A stretch of DNA of 64,000 bases, taken from a virus (Duplodnaviria > Caudoviricetes). Under the pieces are notes generated by a model. It saw only the letters and a program-made list of their open reading frames with translations, did not search any database and was not told where the DNA came from. Each line of letters starts with the position of its first letter. Positions within the stretch are counted from its first letter, which is position 1. A program made the position numbers and the translations under genes. The stretch is from positions 3,888 through 67,887 of IMG/VR virus record IMGVR_UViG_3300033121_002344; one strand, given 5' to 3'. Of the stretch, positions 9,084 to 18,103 are shown piece by piece.

Positions 9084-10469
9084 TCACTCGCCGTGCTGGA
9101 CGACGACCGCCCGCTTGTAGTCCGCGTTGCTGGTCGGCGAACCCGCGTCGGTCGGGAAGCCCCAGGCCCCCGAGTACGACCACGAGCTCGACACGTTCTG
9201 CTGGAGCCGGTCCATCGGGCTCCGCAGCGTCAGGCGGATGCGCTCCGTGAGGATCTGCATCCCGCCGTTCGTGATCGAGAACTCGCCGATCTTCCCGAGC
9301 ACGCCGTTCTCGGTGATGTACTTCGACTCGTCGAGGTACTTCTCCTCGATCCAGCCGGCCGCCGTGAAGAGCGGACGGTGGATCGGCACGCTGCTCGCGT
9401 TCGTGAGCTCGCCCGCGAACGTCGCGCCGAAGCGCGGGTCCTGGTCGACCGTCGCCGCCACCGGGGCCTCCAGGTTCCGGTAGAAGGTGCAGCCCCCGAT
9501 GTGGGCGAGCGCGAACTCCCGGTAGTGGAGGTAGTCGGGCAACGCGGTGTTGAGGTTCTGGAACTCGCGGTCCCCGAACACCTGCTGCTCGCTGATCGCG
9601 TCCAGGTGGCAGTGGTAGGTCCCGTCCTCGTGGACCGGGGCCAGGTTCGTGCGGAGCTTCGCCACCACCGCCCGAATGTCCGCCAGCGAGAACTGGTCGG
9701 TCGAGGCGATGTTGTCGATCGAGAGCGAGCCGCCGCTGTTCACGACCTCGGAGCGGTTCGCCGCCACCACGATGTCGCGCGCCGAGAGCCCGCCGTGCGC
9801 CGAGTCCAGGGTCAGGGTCCCGCCGTGGATCTCGTCGCCCGCCGTGTCCAGCGTGTAGCCGACGACGTTGTAGGTCGTCGCCACGCCCCCGCTGGTGATC
9901 ACCACCGGCAGCGGGTTCGTGGGGCTGACCGACGCCGGGCGCCCGTTCTGCAGCTTCTTGGTGAAGCCGTTGATCGAGACCACCGGAACGCTCGTCGACG
10001 CCGAGGCGCCGCCCGCCTTCACGACCGTGTTGCCGGCCAGATAGGCGTTGTAGCCCTTGTCGCGCACGACGCGGTTCAGCGACATGCCGGCGTGCAGGCC
10101 CAGCTGGTGGACGTTCCGCAGGTGCTGCGAGACCGAGCTCACGTAGCTGGTCGGGGTGTGGGTGTCGATCGTCCCGGCCCACTGCTCGGCCGTCACCTCC
10201 CACTGCTCGATCGGGTACGAGAGCGGCTCGGGCTCCGAGTTGGCCGCGAGCGGACGGGTGCTCGGGCGGATCAGCCCGGCCCGCGTGAACGTCTGGTTCG
10301 CACCCAGGTTCACCGGCCAGAGCTCCGCCTCCGCCTCCCCGCGGAAGAGCAGGTTGGGGAAGAGGACGTCGCGCCAGATGCGGACGATCGTCCGGTCCTG
10401 GATCGCCGACACCAGCGACGGGTTGAATGCGACCGTGAAATTCGCGGTCGACAGCTGACCAGCACTCAT
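9084..10469 (-). CDS. Major capsid protein (N4-gp56-like)
   Basis: 461 aa; QWAGTIDT...QLGLHAGMSLNRVVRD motif; follows the scaffold gene. Confidence 0.85.
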   Translation of the reverse strand: MSAGQLSTANFTVAFNPSLVSAIQDRTIVRIWRDVLFPNLLFRGEAEAELWPVNLGANQTFTRAGLIRPSTRPLAANSEPEPLSYPIEQWEVTAEQWAGTIDTHTPTSYVSSVSQHLRNVHQLGLHAGMSLNRVVRDKGYNAYLAGNTVVKAGGASASTSVPVVSINGFTKKLQNGRPASVSPTNPLPVVITSGGVATTYNVVGYTLDTAGDEIHGGTLTLDSAHGGLSARDIVVAANRSEVVNSGGSLSIDNIASTDQFSLADIRAVVAKLRTNLAPVHEDGTYHCHLDAISEQQVFGDREFQNLNTALPDYLHYREFALAHIGGCTFYRNLEAPVAATVDQDPRFGATFAGELTNASSVPIHRPLFTAAGWIEEKYLDESKYITENGVLGKIGEFSITNGGMQILTERIRLTLRSPMDRLQQNVSSSWSYSGAWGFPTDAGSPTSNADYKRAVVVQHGE

Positions 10470-10523
10470 AGCTTCGTTCTACTCCCTCGCCCCACCGCGG
10501 GGCTAGTCCTTGTGGTGAGCCGC

Positions 10524-11225
10524 CTAGCCGCGGACGCTCGGGCGGAATCCGTACTTCGCAGAGGTTCTCTCCGCGAACTCACGGTTGTTGGTCTTGTACT
10601 TCCCCTTGTCGTCGCGCTCCGTGAGGTCCTCCTCCTTCGGAGCCGCCGGGTTGGCCGGCGCAGGAGCGGTCTCGACCTTCTGCTCCGGGGTCGGGGTCGT
10701 CGGGCCCGCCAAGACCGTCTCCTCCGCGAAGAGGTACCGCTTGGTCTTGTCGGCCTTCAGACCCTCGAAGAACTTTTCGGGGTCGACGTCTTCGGCACCG
10801 CTCTGGACGTGCTCGGCGAAGAGATGGAGCGCGTACTTCGAGTCCCGCACCCCCGCCTTCATCGCGTACTCCTTGAGCTCCGCCTCGACCTCGACGTCCT
10901 TCGCGTTGCGCTCGGCCCGCTCGGCGCGCTCTCGCTCCTTCGCGAGCTCGCGCTGCTGCTTCTCCTGCTGGGCCTTCAGGTCCGCGACCTGAGCCATGAG
11001 CGCCTTCGTGGCCTCGTCGGGCTGACCGCCGCCCCGCTGGAGCTCCTGGATCTTGGCCTCCAGCTTCGCGGGGTCGTAGTCGTCCCCGAGCCCGAGCGCG
11101 CGCGAGAAGCGCCCGAGCTCCTTGGAGACCTCGTTGCGAGCGAGCCGCTTGGCCCGCTCGAGTACCCGCTTATTCTGCTGCTTCTTCGGGGTGATGACGG
11201 CACCGCCGTCTGCTCCGCTCGTCAT
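10524..11225 (-). CDS. Capsid scaffolding protein
   Basis: Charged coiled coil with a Pro-rich tail, directly upstream of the major capsid gene. Confidence 0.7.
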   Translation of the reverse strand: MTSGADGGAVITPKKQQNKRVLERAKRLARNEVSKELGRFSRALGLGDDYDPAKLEAKIQELQRGGGQPDEATKALMAQVADLKAQQEKQQRELAKERERAERAERNAKDVEVEAELKEYAMKAGVRDSKYALHLFAEHVQSGAEDVDPEKFFEGLKADKTKRYLFAEETVLAGPTTPTPEQKVETAPAPANPAAPKEEDLTERDDKGKYKTNNREFAERTSAKYGFRPSVRG

Positions 11226-11288
11226 GGGTTCGTTCCCTTCCCGGGGCCAGGCCCCGTCCCTCCTTCGATGCGTTGATGAGAAGCGCTG

Positions 11289-11936
11289 CTAGTCGCGCTG
11301 CCCGAGGGCCCGGCTCAGGAGCGAGATCGTGAGCGGGCTGGCCTTCGGGAGCGAGAGAACGCGCACGGCCGAGACCGCGTCCGCGCTGTTGAAGCGCAGG
11401 CCGGTGTTGCCGTCCCAGACGACCTCGCCGGTCGCCGGGCTGACGGACGAGTCGCCGATCTTGAGCGCGTAGCGGCCCTTGGTCGTGCCGCCCGTCGCGT
11501 AGACGTCGAGGATCGCCGAGGGCTGGACCGCGAGGGTCCCCGCGTTCGAGGAGACCGCGACCGCCTCGGAGCCGTCCCCGTAGTCCTCGACGACCGCGAT
11601 GTTGATCGGCTCGGTGTTGGTGGTGCCGAGGATCGTGAAGCCCGTGGTGGTCTTCGTCGACTCGTCGATGCGCGCGTTCGTGGTCTCGCAGGCCGCGAAC
11701 ACCTGGTAGTTGGCCGTGGCCGGCGGGACCAGGCCGAGACCCGCGAAGGTGACCGCCTGGCTGGAGCCGGTCGCCGTGAAGGTCGCGCTCTGGATCTTCG
11801 AGCCACCGATGGCCTTGCGGACCAGGGCCGCGAGCAGGTCGCCGAACCCGAGCGCCGCGAGGGCGTTGACGAGGCGCTGGATCTGACCGCCAGCCGCGGT
11901 GAACTCCTCGCGGAGCGTGGGGGTGGTGTTGGACAT
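11289..11936 (-). CDS. Probable virion (head decoration/fibre-like) protein
   Basis: 215 aa, Thr/Ala/Gly-rich; GGAGG SD; in the head module. Confidence 0.55.
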   Translation of the reverse strand: MSNTTPTLREEFTAAGGQIQRLVNALAALGFGDLLAALVRKAIGGSKIQSATFTATGSSQAVTFAGLGLVPPATANYQVFAACETTNARIDESTKTTTGFTILGTTNTEPINIAVVEDYGDGSEAVAVSSNAGTLAVQPSAILDVYATGGTTKGRYALKIGDSSVSPATGEVVWDGNTGLRFNSADAVSAVRVLSLPKASPLTISLLSRALGQRD

Positions 11937-11967
11937 GGCTGCGAACTACCTCCGTGGTGCCCGGCGA

Positions 11968-12360
11968 TCAGGTGTCGCCGGAGATGAGAACTTCGATGTT
12001 GACGCTGCCCTTGATGGCCAGCGCCGAGACCTCCGAACCGGAGACCGGGTTGGAGAGGATGAAGAGGTCCGAGATCGAGAGGAGCTGATCCTCTCCCGCA
12101 GGCGTGGTGAGCCGCAAGGTCGCGACTCCGCCCGTCGTCCGGATGATCACGAACCGCACGGCGCTGATCGTCATCCCGGCGATCAGGTCGACGAAGGTGC
12201 TCGGGCTGTTGATGGTGCGGGGCTCGCGCCGGTGCTCGGCGTAGACGGCGGAGAGGTCGATCGGGATCTCGTCACCACCGATCGTGGCCGGGGTGGAGGT
12301 CGGGAGCACCGGACCGCGCGTCACCGACCCCTGCATCGCCAGCTTCTGAAGAACGCCCAC
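11968..12360 (-). CDS. Probable virion structural protein
   Basis: 130 aa, beta-rich; GAGAGG SD. Confidence 0.55.
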   Translation of the reverse strand: MGVLQKLAMQGSVTRGPVLPTSTPATIGGDEIPIDLSAVYAEHRREPRTINSPSTFVDLIAGMTISAVRFVIIRTTGGVATLRLTTPAGEDQLLSISDLFILSNPVSGSEVSALAIKGSVNIEVLISGDT

Positions 12361-12378
12361 GCTTCACCTCTCCCCTAA

Positions 12379-12390
12379 CAACCCGGGTTG
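12379..12390. repeat. Dispersed palindrome copy 2 (TAA-core-CTT)
   Basis: Exact core, intergenic. Confidence 0.95.
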
Positions 12391-12408
12391 CTTCGCCCGC
12401 TCGACCGA

Positions 12409-12585
12409 CTACTTCTGACCGCCCGTGGCCCCGATCTCTCGGAGGTTCGACCACGGGGCCGGCGGGTTCTGGACGGGGTTCTGGGACGAGCCGTACTTCT
12501 GCTCGTCGCCGACGCCCCCGTGACCTTCCTTGCGCTTCCCGTCGTACTGGTCGACGGGGTTGGGGTTCGTCTTCTCGTCGGACAT
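12409..12585 (-). CDS. Small hypothetical protein (58 aa, not in ORF track)
   Basis: GGAGGG SD; MSDEKTNPNPVDQYDGKRKEGHGG... Confidence 0.6.
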   Translation of the reverse strand: MSDEKTNPNPVDQYDGKRKEGHGGVGDEQKYGSSQNPVQNPPAPWSNLREIGATGGQK

Positions 12586-12621
12586 GGTGCTCTTCCCTCC
12601 CGAGCCGGCGCAGCGCGCCCG

Positions 12622-12765
12622 CTACTTCTTCTTGGCCGCCTGGCAGGAGCCGTTGCAGGTCGGCAGGCCGCACTTCCCGCAGTACTTCGGCTCACCCGTG
12701 AGCCCCTTGTTCTTGCTCTCCGCGATGCCGCGCAGGGTGCGGGCGGGCTTCTCGACCGTGGCCAT
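12622..12765 (-). CDS. Small Cys-rich protein (47 aa, not in ORF track)
   Basis: GAGGAG SD; MATVEKPAR...YCGKCGLPTCNGSCQAAKKK. Confidence 0.6.
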   Translation of the reverse strand: MATVEKPARTLRGIAESKNKGLTGEPKYCGKCGLPTCNGSCQAAKKK

Positions 12766-12790
12766 CCTCGTGCTCCTCTCCGGGAAGGCC

Positions 12791-13372
12791 TCAGCCCTCC
12801 GTCTCGATCTCGTCTTCGTCTTCCGAGCGCTCGTCTTCGTCGTCCTCGTCGAGGAGGTCGTCCTCGCCCTCGGAACGAACCTGACCGATCGCCTTCGCGA
12901 CCGCCACCGCCCACTCGGGGTCGGTCGGGTCGGGATAGTTGGCCTCGCCGAGCGCGCTCGAAAGCTCGCCGTCGAGCTCCTCGCGCTGCGACTCCGTGAA
13001 CTCCTCGTAGTCGTCGAGGTTCCGCTGCTTGGCCTGCAGGAGCTCCTCGTGGGCGTGCTCCCGCATCTCCTCGTCGCCGGTCGTGATCGCCTCGGCGAGC
13101 TCCCGGATCGGATCTTCGAGCTCCGGCTCGTTCTCCTTCAGCCAGTCGAGCAGCTGCTGGGCCCGTTCCTCGTCGATCTCCCCGGACTCCTCGCCGGCCC
13201 AGATGGAGTCGTGGCCGTCGTCCCCGAGGTCGCCGGTGTCGTCGAGGTCGCCCGTCCCCTCATCGGAGCCGGGATCGTCGGCGGTCTTCGGCTTCCCGAT
13301 GCCGCCGAACCGGGGCGTTGCGTTGCCACGGGCGCTCGCCCACCCCTGGATCGTCTGCGCGTCGAGAGCCAC
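12791..13372 (-). CDS. Highly acidic head-module protein
   Basis: Very Asp/Glu-rich; start uncertain (GTG 13372; ORF open to 13408). Confidence 0.65.
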   Translation of the reverse strand: MALDAQTIQGWASARGNATPRFGGIGKPKTADDPGSDEGTGDLDDTGDLGDDGHDSIWAGEESGEIDEERAQQLLDWLKENEPELEDPIRELAEAITTGDEEMREHAHEELLQAKQRNLDDYEEFTESQREELDGELSSALGEANYPDPTDPEWAVAVAKAIGQVRSEGEDDLLDEDDEDERSEDEDEIETEG

Positions 13373-13424
13373 AGCGATCCCATAACCGTCCTGTGGGTGC
13401 TCCCACAAGAGGGGAGCGCGGAAA

Positions 13425-13436
13425 CAACCCGGGTTG
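13425..13436. repeat. Dispersed palindrome copy 3 (AAA-core-CTT)
   Basis: Exact core just past the stop at 13443. Confidence 0.95.
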
Positions 13437-13442
13437 CTTGGC

Positions 13443-13607
13443 TCAGAAGATCCACTTCCGACGCGCCCGAGCCTCGGGGCGCTGCGATTCGACGATGCGC
13501 TTCCGCGCCGCCTCGACCGCCTCTGGTGTCGCCGCCAGGACTCCGCGCTCGGCCGCGAAGGCCGCGATCTCCTCGGCGCTGTAGATCCGCACCTGGGTGG
13601 CGATCAT
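13443..13607 (-). CDS. Small hypothetical protein
   Basis: MIATQVRIYSAEEIAAF..., 54 aa. Confidence 0.5.
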   Translation of the reverse strand: MIATQVRIYSAEEIAAFAAERGVLAATPEAVEAARKRIVESQRPEARARRKWIF

Positions 13608-13644
13608 GTGCTGCCGAAGATCGCTCTCGGGTGTCCGGGCCGCA

Positions 13645-13866
13645 TTACCTCGTCGCCCCACCAGCCGCCTCCTTGCGGGCCTGCAGGGCCTCGAGTCGGG
13701 TCGCGGTCATCTTCGTGCGACCCGCAGAGTAGTCCGCGAGCTCGACCTCCACCTCCGCGTCGGTGAGGGCCGAGACCGGGCGCGCAGCCCCTCGACCGAT
13801 CGTGTTCCAGACGCGGTTGAGGACCGCTGCGTCCTCCTTGCTCTCCTCGGGTTCCCAGCTGGCCAT
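13645..13866 (-). CDS. Small hypothetical protein (candidate immunity partner of the MuF extension)
   Basis: 73 aa starting 4 nt after the MuF stop. Confidence 0.55.
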   Translation of the reverse strand: MASWEPEESKEDAAVLNRVWNTIGRGAARPVSALTDAEVEVELADYSAGRTKMTATRLEALQARKEAAGGATR

Positions 13867-13870
13867 GAGG

Positions 13871-15799
13871 CTATCGTCGCCCGTGCGGCTTCTTCGGGTC
13901 GATCCCCTTCTCGCGCAGGTAGGCGCTCAGGACCTTCCGCGACCGGCTGCCAGGGCTGAGGTCGAAGACGCCGTCGAAGCTGTCACCGTGGGTCTTCCAC
14001 CACGCCCGACCCTCCGCGGTCTGCATGAGCTCCGCGATGGACTCGCAGCCGGTCGCGCGCCGCTGCTCCGCGTCGAGGGGCGCGTCGTACCCGAGGCGCG
14101 CCCAGGTGTAGTAGCCGTTGTAGTTTCCCGAACGGAAGCAGAGCGCCTCGATCCGATCGACGCCGAGCGAAACCGCCGCTCGGATCTGAGAAGCGAACAA
14201 CCGAGTCCCACGCGACTGCCCTTGAGCTTCCTTCTCCACCTCCAAGAGGCCGTTCTTGAGAACCAGCTTTCCGTCGACCCGTACGAGATCACGAATCGCG
14301 TGCATGTGAGGAGCTTCGGCCGTGATCTTCACCCTCCCCATCGGCCCAACCTTCACCCGGACCTTCGCCCCCTCGAAGCCCGTCAGGGCCGCCACCTGGG
14401 CCGCCGAGACCGGCCGCCCCACCAGGGCCGTGGCCGCCTCGACCGCCGCCTGTGGGGCCTCCAGGGCCTCCTGCTCGGGCTCCACCGGCTCCTCCGCCCC
14501 GTCCTCGAAGGCGTCCTCGATCTCACCCTCAAGCTCGGCCTTGAGGTCCTCCATCTCGGCCTTGAGGTCCGCCCGGGCATCACCCGCCTCCTCCTCTTCC
14601 GCCTGGTCCTCCTCCTCGACTGCTTCCTGGTCCTCCTCCTCGACCTCGGGCTCCGCCGGCTCTTCGGCTGACTCCTCGGGCTCGATCGCCTCCCCAGGCT
14701 CCGGCAGGAAGGGCGCCGTCGCCGCCAATTCCTCGTCGGCCGCCTCGCCACCCGGCTCCTCGCCGTCCTGCTCGGCTTCGAGCTCCTCCCCCTCCTCGTC
14801 CTCGGGCCCGTGCTCGTAGGGCTGCCCGGGTTTGTGGCCCGGAGGGATCTCGACCCCGACGTCCTTGCGCCACCGGGTCGGCTCCGCCGCTTCGAGCTCC
14901 GTGAGGCTCAACGGCCGCGAGAGATCGTCCTCGGGCCAGCTGGGGTCCCAGGGCACCACGACCTCGCGATCGTTCGGCCGGTTCGGCGGATGCATGTAGC
15001 GCTGCAGGACCCAGCGCCCCCGGACCTTCCGCTTCCACTGGAAGGGTTGGTCGACCGGCACGGCCTGCCCGTGGACCAGGAAGCTGTCGTCGCCGGTCCG
15101 GTCGTCGAAGGTCGCGATCAGCTTCTTCCAGACCTTGCCGCCGAGCTCCTTCGCGGTCCGCTCGATCGCCTGGTGCTTCGCCGCCCCGTGAGCGTGCGCC
15201 ATCTCCGTCCGGACGATCCGCTCGGCCCGGTACCGCTCCTCCGGCCCGAGCCCATCGTCCCGCATCACCTCCTCGACCATGTCCTCTAGTGGCTTGCCGG
15301 TCATGGCCGCCACCGAGAGCCGGCCCTCGATGCGGCGGATCGCGTCGAGCCCCCAGATCTGGACCGAGCGCTTGTGGCGGTTCAGGACCGAGCGGTCGAC
15401 GCCGTTCACCAGCCCGCGGAACATCGCCCCTCGCTCGACGTCGAGGACCGGAGTCGTGCCCTTGAAGTGGGTCTCCAGCCGCCGCCATTCGTCGAGGCCG
15501 TGGCGAGCCCCCATCACGACGGCCTCGCTGCTGGCCTCGTTGAGGTGCTGCTCCAGCTTCCCGGAGAGCTTCGCCACCGCCGCGTCCGCCTGGGCGATCA
15601 TCGCCCGCAGGGTCGTAGGGCCGGCCTTCGTCGAGCCCTCGCCGGCCGCCCGAAGGCGCGCCGCAAGATCGCGCTGTGCATCCGCGTAGAGGGAGGCGAC
15701 GTCCGAGGTCCCTCGGGCATCGACCAGACGCTTCAGCTGGTTGAGGTGCGCCCCAAAGACCTTCTGGGCGACGTCGGGGACTCGCTTGGCTCGGGGCAC
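13871..15799 (-). CDS. MuF/SPP1 gp7-like minor head protein with a C-terminal GNAT-like domain
   Basis: RAERIVRTE...IATFDDRT...HPPNRPNDR (MuF); acidic linker; QGQSRGTRLF...NGYYTWARLGY (GNAT motifs A and B). Confidence 0.8.
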   Translation of the reverse strand: MPRAKRVPDVAQKVFGAHLNQLKRLVDARGTSDVASLYADAQRDLAARLRAAGEGSTKAGPTTLRAMIAQADAAVAKLSGKLEQHLNEASSEAVVMGARHGLDEWRRLETHFKGTTPVLDVERGAMFRGLVNGVDRSVLNRHKRSVQIWGLDAIRRIEGRLSVAAMTGKPLEDMVEEVMRDDGLGPEERYRAERIVRTEMAHAHGAAKHQAIERTAKELGGKVWKKLIATFDDRTGDDSFLVHGQAVPVDQPFQWKRKVRGRWVLQRYMHPPNRPNDREVVVPWDPSWPEDDLSRPLSLTELEAAEPTRWRKDVGVEIPPGHKPGQPYEHGPEDEEGEELEAEQDGEEPGGEAADEELAATAPFLPEPGEAIEPEESAEEPAEPEVEEEDQEAVEEEDQAEEEEAGDARADLKAEMEDLKAELEGEIEDAFEDGAEEPVEPEQEALEAPQAAVEAATALVGRPVSAAQVAALTGFEGAKVRVKVGPMGRVKITAEAPHMHAIRDLVRVDGKLVLKNGLLEVEKEAQGQSRGTRLFASQIRAAVSLGVDRIEALCFRSGNYNGYYTWARLGYDAPLDAEQRRATGCESIAELMQTAEGRAWWKTHGDSFDGVFDLSPGSRSRKVLSAYLREKGIDPKKPHGRR

Positions 15800-15808
15800 C
15801 GGGGGAGG

Positions 15809-16267
15809 CTAGCCGCGCCGACGGATCTGCGCCAGCGAGACGCCGTGGCGAGCGCGGAGGTGCTCGTCGAGGGTGCCGTGGCGGTCGACGTCTCGGCCTC
15901 CGTACTGGCGGTTCGCGGTCGGGGTCCAGTGGCTCATCCGCCCCTCGACCGGCACCCCCGCCAGGTCCATCGCGTCGACGCCGTTCGAGAGGTCGTCGGT
16001 GACGAGCTCCGGGACGCTCGCGAGGAGCGCCGCGTACGGGTCGCGGTCCCCAGGTGGGACGATCTGGCAGGTCTGGTAGTCCGTGGCCTGCGGGACGAAG
16101 AGCCGCGGTGTCCCGACCGTCACCGAGCCGTTCGGGAGCGCGATCGCCATCGGGCGCGGAGCCTGCTGGGGCTGCTGGGCCTGCTGGGCCTGCTGCACCG
16201 AGGCCGCCGGGGCGCTCCGCACGCTCGCTCCACCACGTCGCTCGGCCCAATCGCTGAATCGGCTCAT
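15809..16267 (-). CDS. Hypothetical protein
   Basis: Start re-called to ATG 16267 (GGAG SD); QQA micro-repeat. Confidence 0.55.
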   Translation of the reverse strand: MSRFSDWAERRGGASVRSAPAASVQQAQQAQQPQQAPRPMAIALPNGSVTVGTPRLFVPQATDYQTCQIVPPGDRDPYAALLASVPELVTDDLSNGVDAMDLAGVPVEGRMSHWTPTANRQYGGRDVDRHGTLDEHLRARHGVSLAQIRRRG

Positions 16268-16572
16268 CCCACCGCTCCTTCTTCGTTCGGGTTCGGGTCC
16301 TCGTAGGTCGAGACCTTCGCCTCGCCGTGCGCCCATCGGTTGCAGCAGCCGGTCGGGTAGATGACCGCGCCGTCGTTCCCGACGTCCTTGCAGGCGCTCG
16401 GAGGCCGGAAGGACGAACAGGTCTCGCAGCAGATGGCCACCCCCTCGGGAGGCACCACGTAGCCGACGTCCGCCTTCGAGGCCTTCGGGGTGTCGAGCGG
16501 GTCCCCGTAGCGGTTCGTCTTCCGCCGAGCCCACCCACCGAGGCCGATCGTCACCGTTCCGTTTGGCGCCAT
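16264..16572 (-). CDS. HiPIP-like [4Fe-4S] protein
   Basis: SKADVGY...CETCSSFRPPSACKDV...IYPTGCCNRW matches small-HiPIP Cys and aromatic spacing. Confidence 0.6.
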   Translation of the reverse strand: MAPNGTVTIGLGGWARRKTNRYGDPLDTPKASKADVGYVVPPEGVAICCETCSSFRPPSACKDVGNDGAVIYPTGCCNRWAHGEAKVSTYEDPNPNEEGAVG

Positions 16573-16611
16573 GGGTGAAGGTCTCGCACGCGGGGTGCGT
16601 CGAACGCAACC

Positions 16612-17250
16612 CTAGCCTGGCACCGAGCGCCGACGAACCTTCCGAGGCTCCGTGGCGAGCGGAAGCGAGATCTGCCGCTTCCTCGCCGCCGCCCGCCTGG
16701 CCGCGAGCTCACGGGTGACGGCTTTGTGGCAGGGTGTGCAGAGGGTCCGATAGTTGTCGATCCCGCACTCGCCCCCGCCCTCCACCACCGGGAGGACGTG
16801 GTCCGCGTCCCAGAAGTGCCTCGCCTTCCGATTGGTGTCGCGCGAACCGCCGAGCATGTAGCGGCTGAAGTTTCGGAAGCCCCGCCGAGCGAAGTCACGG
16901 GCCGCCGCCAGAAGACGAGCTTGATCGCGCTTCAGATGGACCTCGCGACGCCTGCCCGAACGGATGCCGCACGGAGCGAACCGCATCGGACGCTGGCGCA
17001 ACCGCTTGAACCACCGAGCGAGCGCCTGGCAGTCGAGCCCGCACCTGGCGCAGATCCCGTGGTCGCGCTGCTCCAACAGATACCGGACGTGGCCCGGGTC
17101 CGAGCGGATCCGGTACTCCTCGACGCACGCCTCCGAGCACCACGAGATCCGCCCCTTCGGGACCGCCGCCCCGCACCACCGGCAGAGCGGACGCCCGTCC
17201 TCGCCCCGCTTCTTCGCCGGCAACGGGGTGTGTCGTCGCGTGCTAGCCAT
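16612..17250 (-). CDS. HNH endonuclease
   Basis: RDHGICARC...DADHVLPVVEGGG...NYRTLCTPCH; N-terminal CRWC/CSEAC. Confidence 0.9.
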   Translation of the reverse strand: MASTRRHTPLPAKKRGEDGRPLCRWCGAAVPKGRISWCSEACVEEYRIRSDPGHVRYLLEQRDHGICARCGLDCQALARWFKRLRQRPMRFAPCGIRSGRRREVHLKRDQARLLAAARDFARRGFRNFSRYMLGGSRDTNRKARHFWDADHVLPVVEGGGECGIDNYRTLCTPCHKAVTRELAARRAAARKRQISLPLATEPRKVRRRSVPG

Positions 17251-17470
17251 CGACCGGGTATCGCTCCGGCGCTTCTTCGATGCGAGCCACCACCTGCCGC
17301 TGCGCCACCCCCGCATGGACCGCGACACCCAGGCAGCGCGCGCAGAGCGTCACCGGCGGGAAGATCCGCTCCGAGCTCTGCAGCGTGACCCCGCCCTCCG
17401 ACTCGAGGGTCTCACGACAGACCCCGCAGCGCTCGTCGGAGATCAGGTGCTCCGCGATCACCCGGCTCAT
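17243..17470 (-). CDS. Small Zn-finger-like protein
   Basis: CGVC and CARC pairs; 4-nt overlap with the upstream gene. Confidence 0.55.
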   Translation of the reverse strand: MSRVIAEHLISDERCGVCRETLESEGGVTLQSSERIFPPVTLCARCLGVAVHAGVAQRQVVARIEEAPERYPVDG

Positions 17471-18096
17471 GGGAGGAGCGCCGCCGCCCGCGCCAAGAAG
17501 CTCGCCTCCGCCCGCTCGATGCTCTGCTCGACGATCCGCTCCGTCATCGGCGGGTACTTGAAGGTCCACTCCCGCTCGTGGGCCAGGAGGTCGCGCCGCT
17601 CGGTCGCCAGCAGGATGTCGTCCGCGTGCTTCACGAGCGGGTCGAAGGGGAAGACGAGCCCGAACCGCTGCGCGATCACCCGTTCGAGGGCGAGCTCCGC
17701 CGACTTGTAGTCGGGCATGGCCACCTTCAAGGGCCGGATCATGTCGCCCAGGTAGGCCTCGGCCGCGTCGTGGAAGAGCCCCTGGAGCGCCACCTGCTTC
17801 CACCGCGGAGGGTCGGTCAGCAGGGAGCGGGTCATCACCGACGACTGCGCGGCGAAGCACTCCTGCTCGACGACCTGGCTCACCAGCACCGAGTGCTGAG
17901 CGACCGAATAGAAGCCGCGCGTGTGGCCGCCGAAGCGGCAGATCCGAGCGAGCGCGTGGGCGATATCGGCGAGCTCGACGTCACGGACCTCGGGCGCCAT
18001 CGGGAAGAAGCGCCGGCCGGTGTGGGTCTGGAACCACTCGGCCTCGATCTGCTGGCCGTTGCGCTCGAAGAAGCGGGGCTTGTCGGGTTGGGTCAT
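17467..18096 (-). CDS. HD-domain phosphohydrolase (YfbR/YfdR-like 5'-deoxynucleotidase)
   Basis: DIAHALARICRFGGH...YSVAQHSVLV...FHDAAEAYLGD. Confidence 0.85.
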   Translation of the reverse strand: MTQPDKPRFFERNGQQIEAEWFQTHTGRRFFPMAPEVRDVELADIAHALARICRFGGHTRGFYSVAQHSVLVSQVVEQECFAAQSSVMTRSLLTDPPRWKQVALQGLFHDAAEAYLGDMIRPLKVAMPDYKSAELALERVIAQRFGLVFPFDPLVKHADDILLATERRDLLAHEREWTFKYPPMTERIVEQSIERAEASFLARAAALLP

Positions 18097-18103
18097 GGAG
18101 CGA

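Noticed and set aside
8989-10203. 404-aa minus-strand ORF overlapping the capsid gene
   Set aside because: Alternative frame of the capsid gene with non-coding-like composition.
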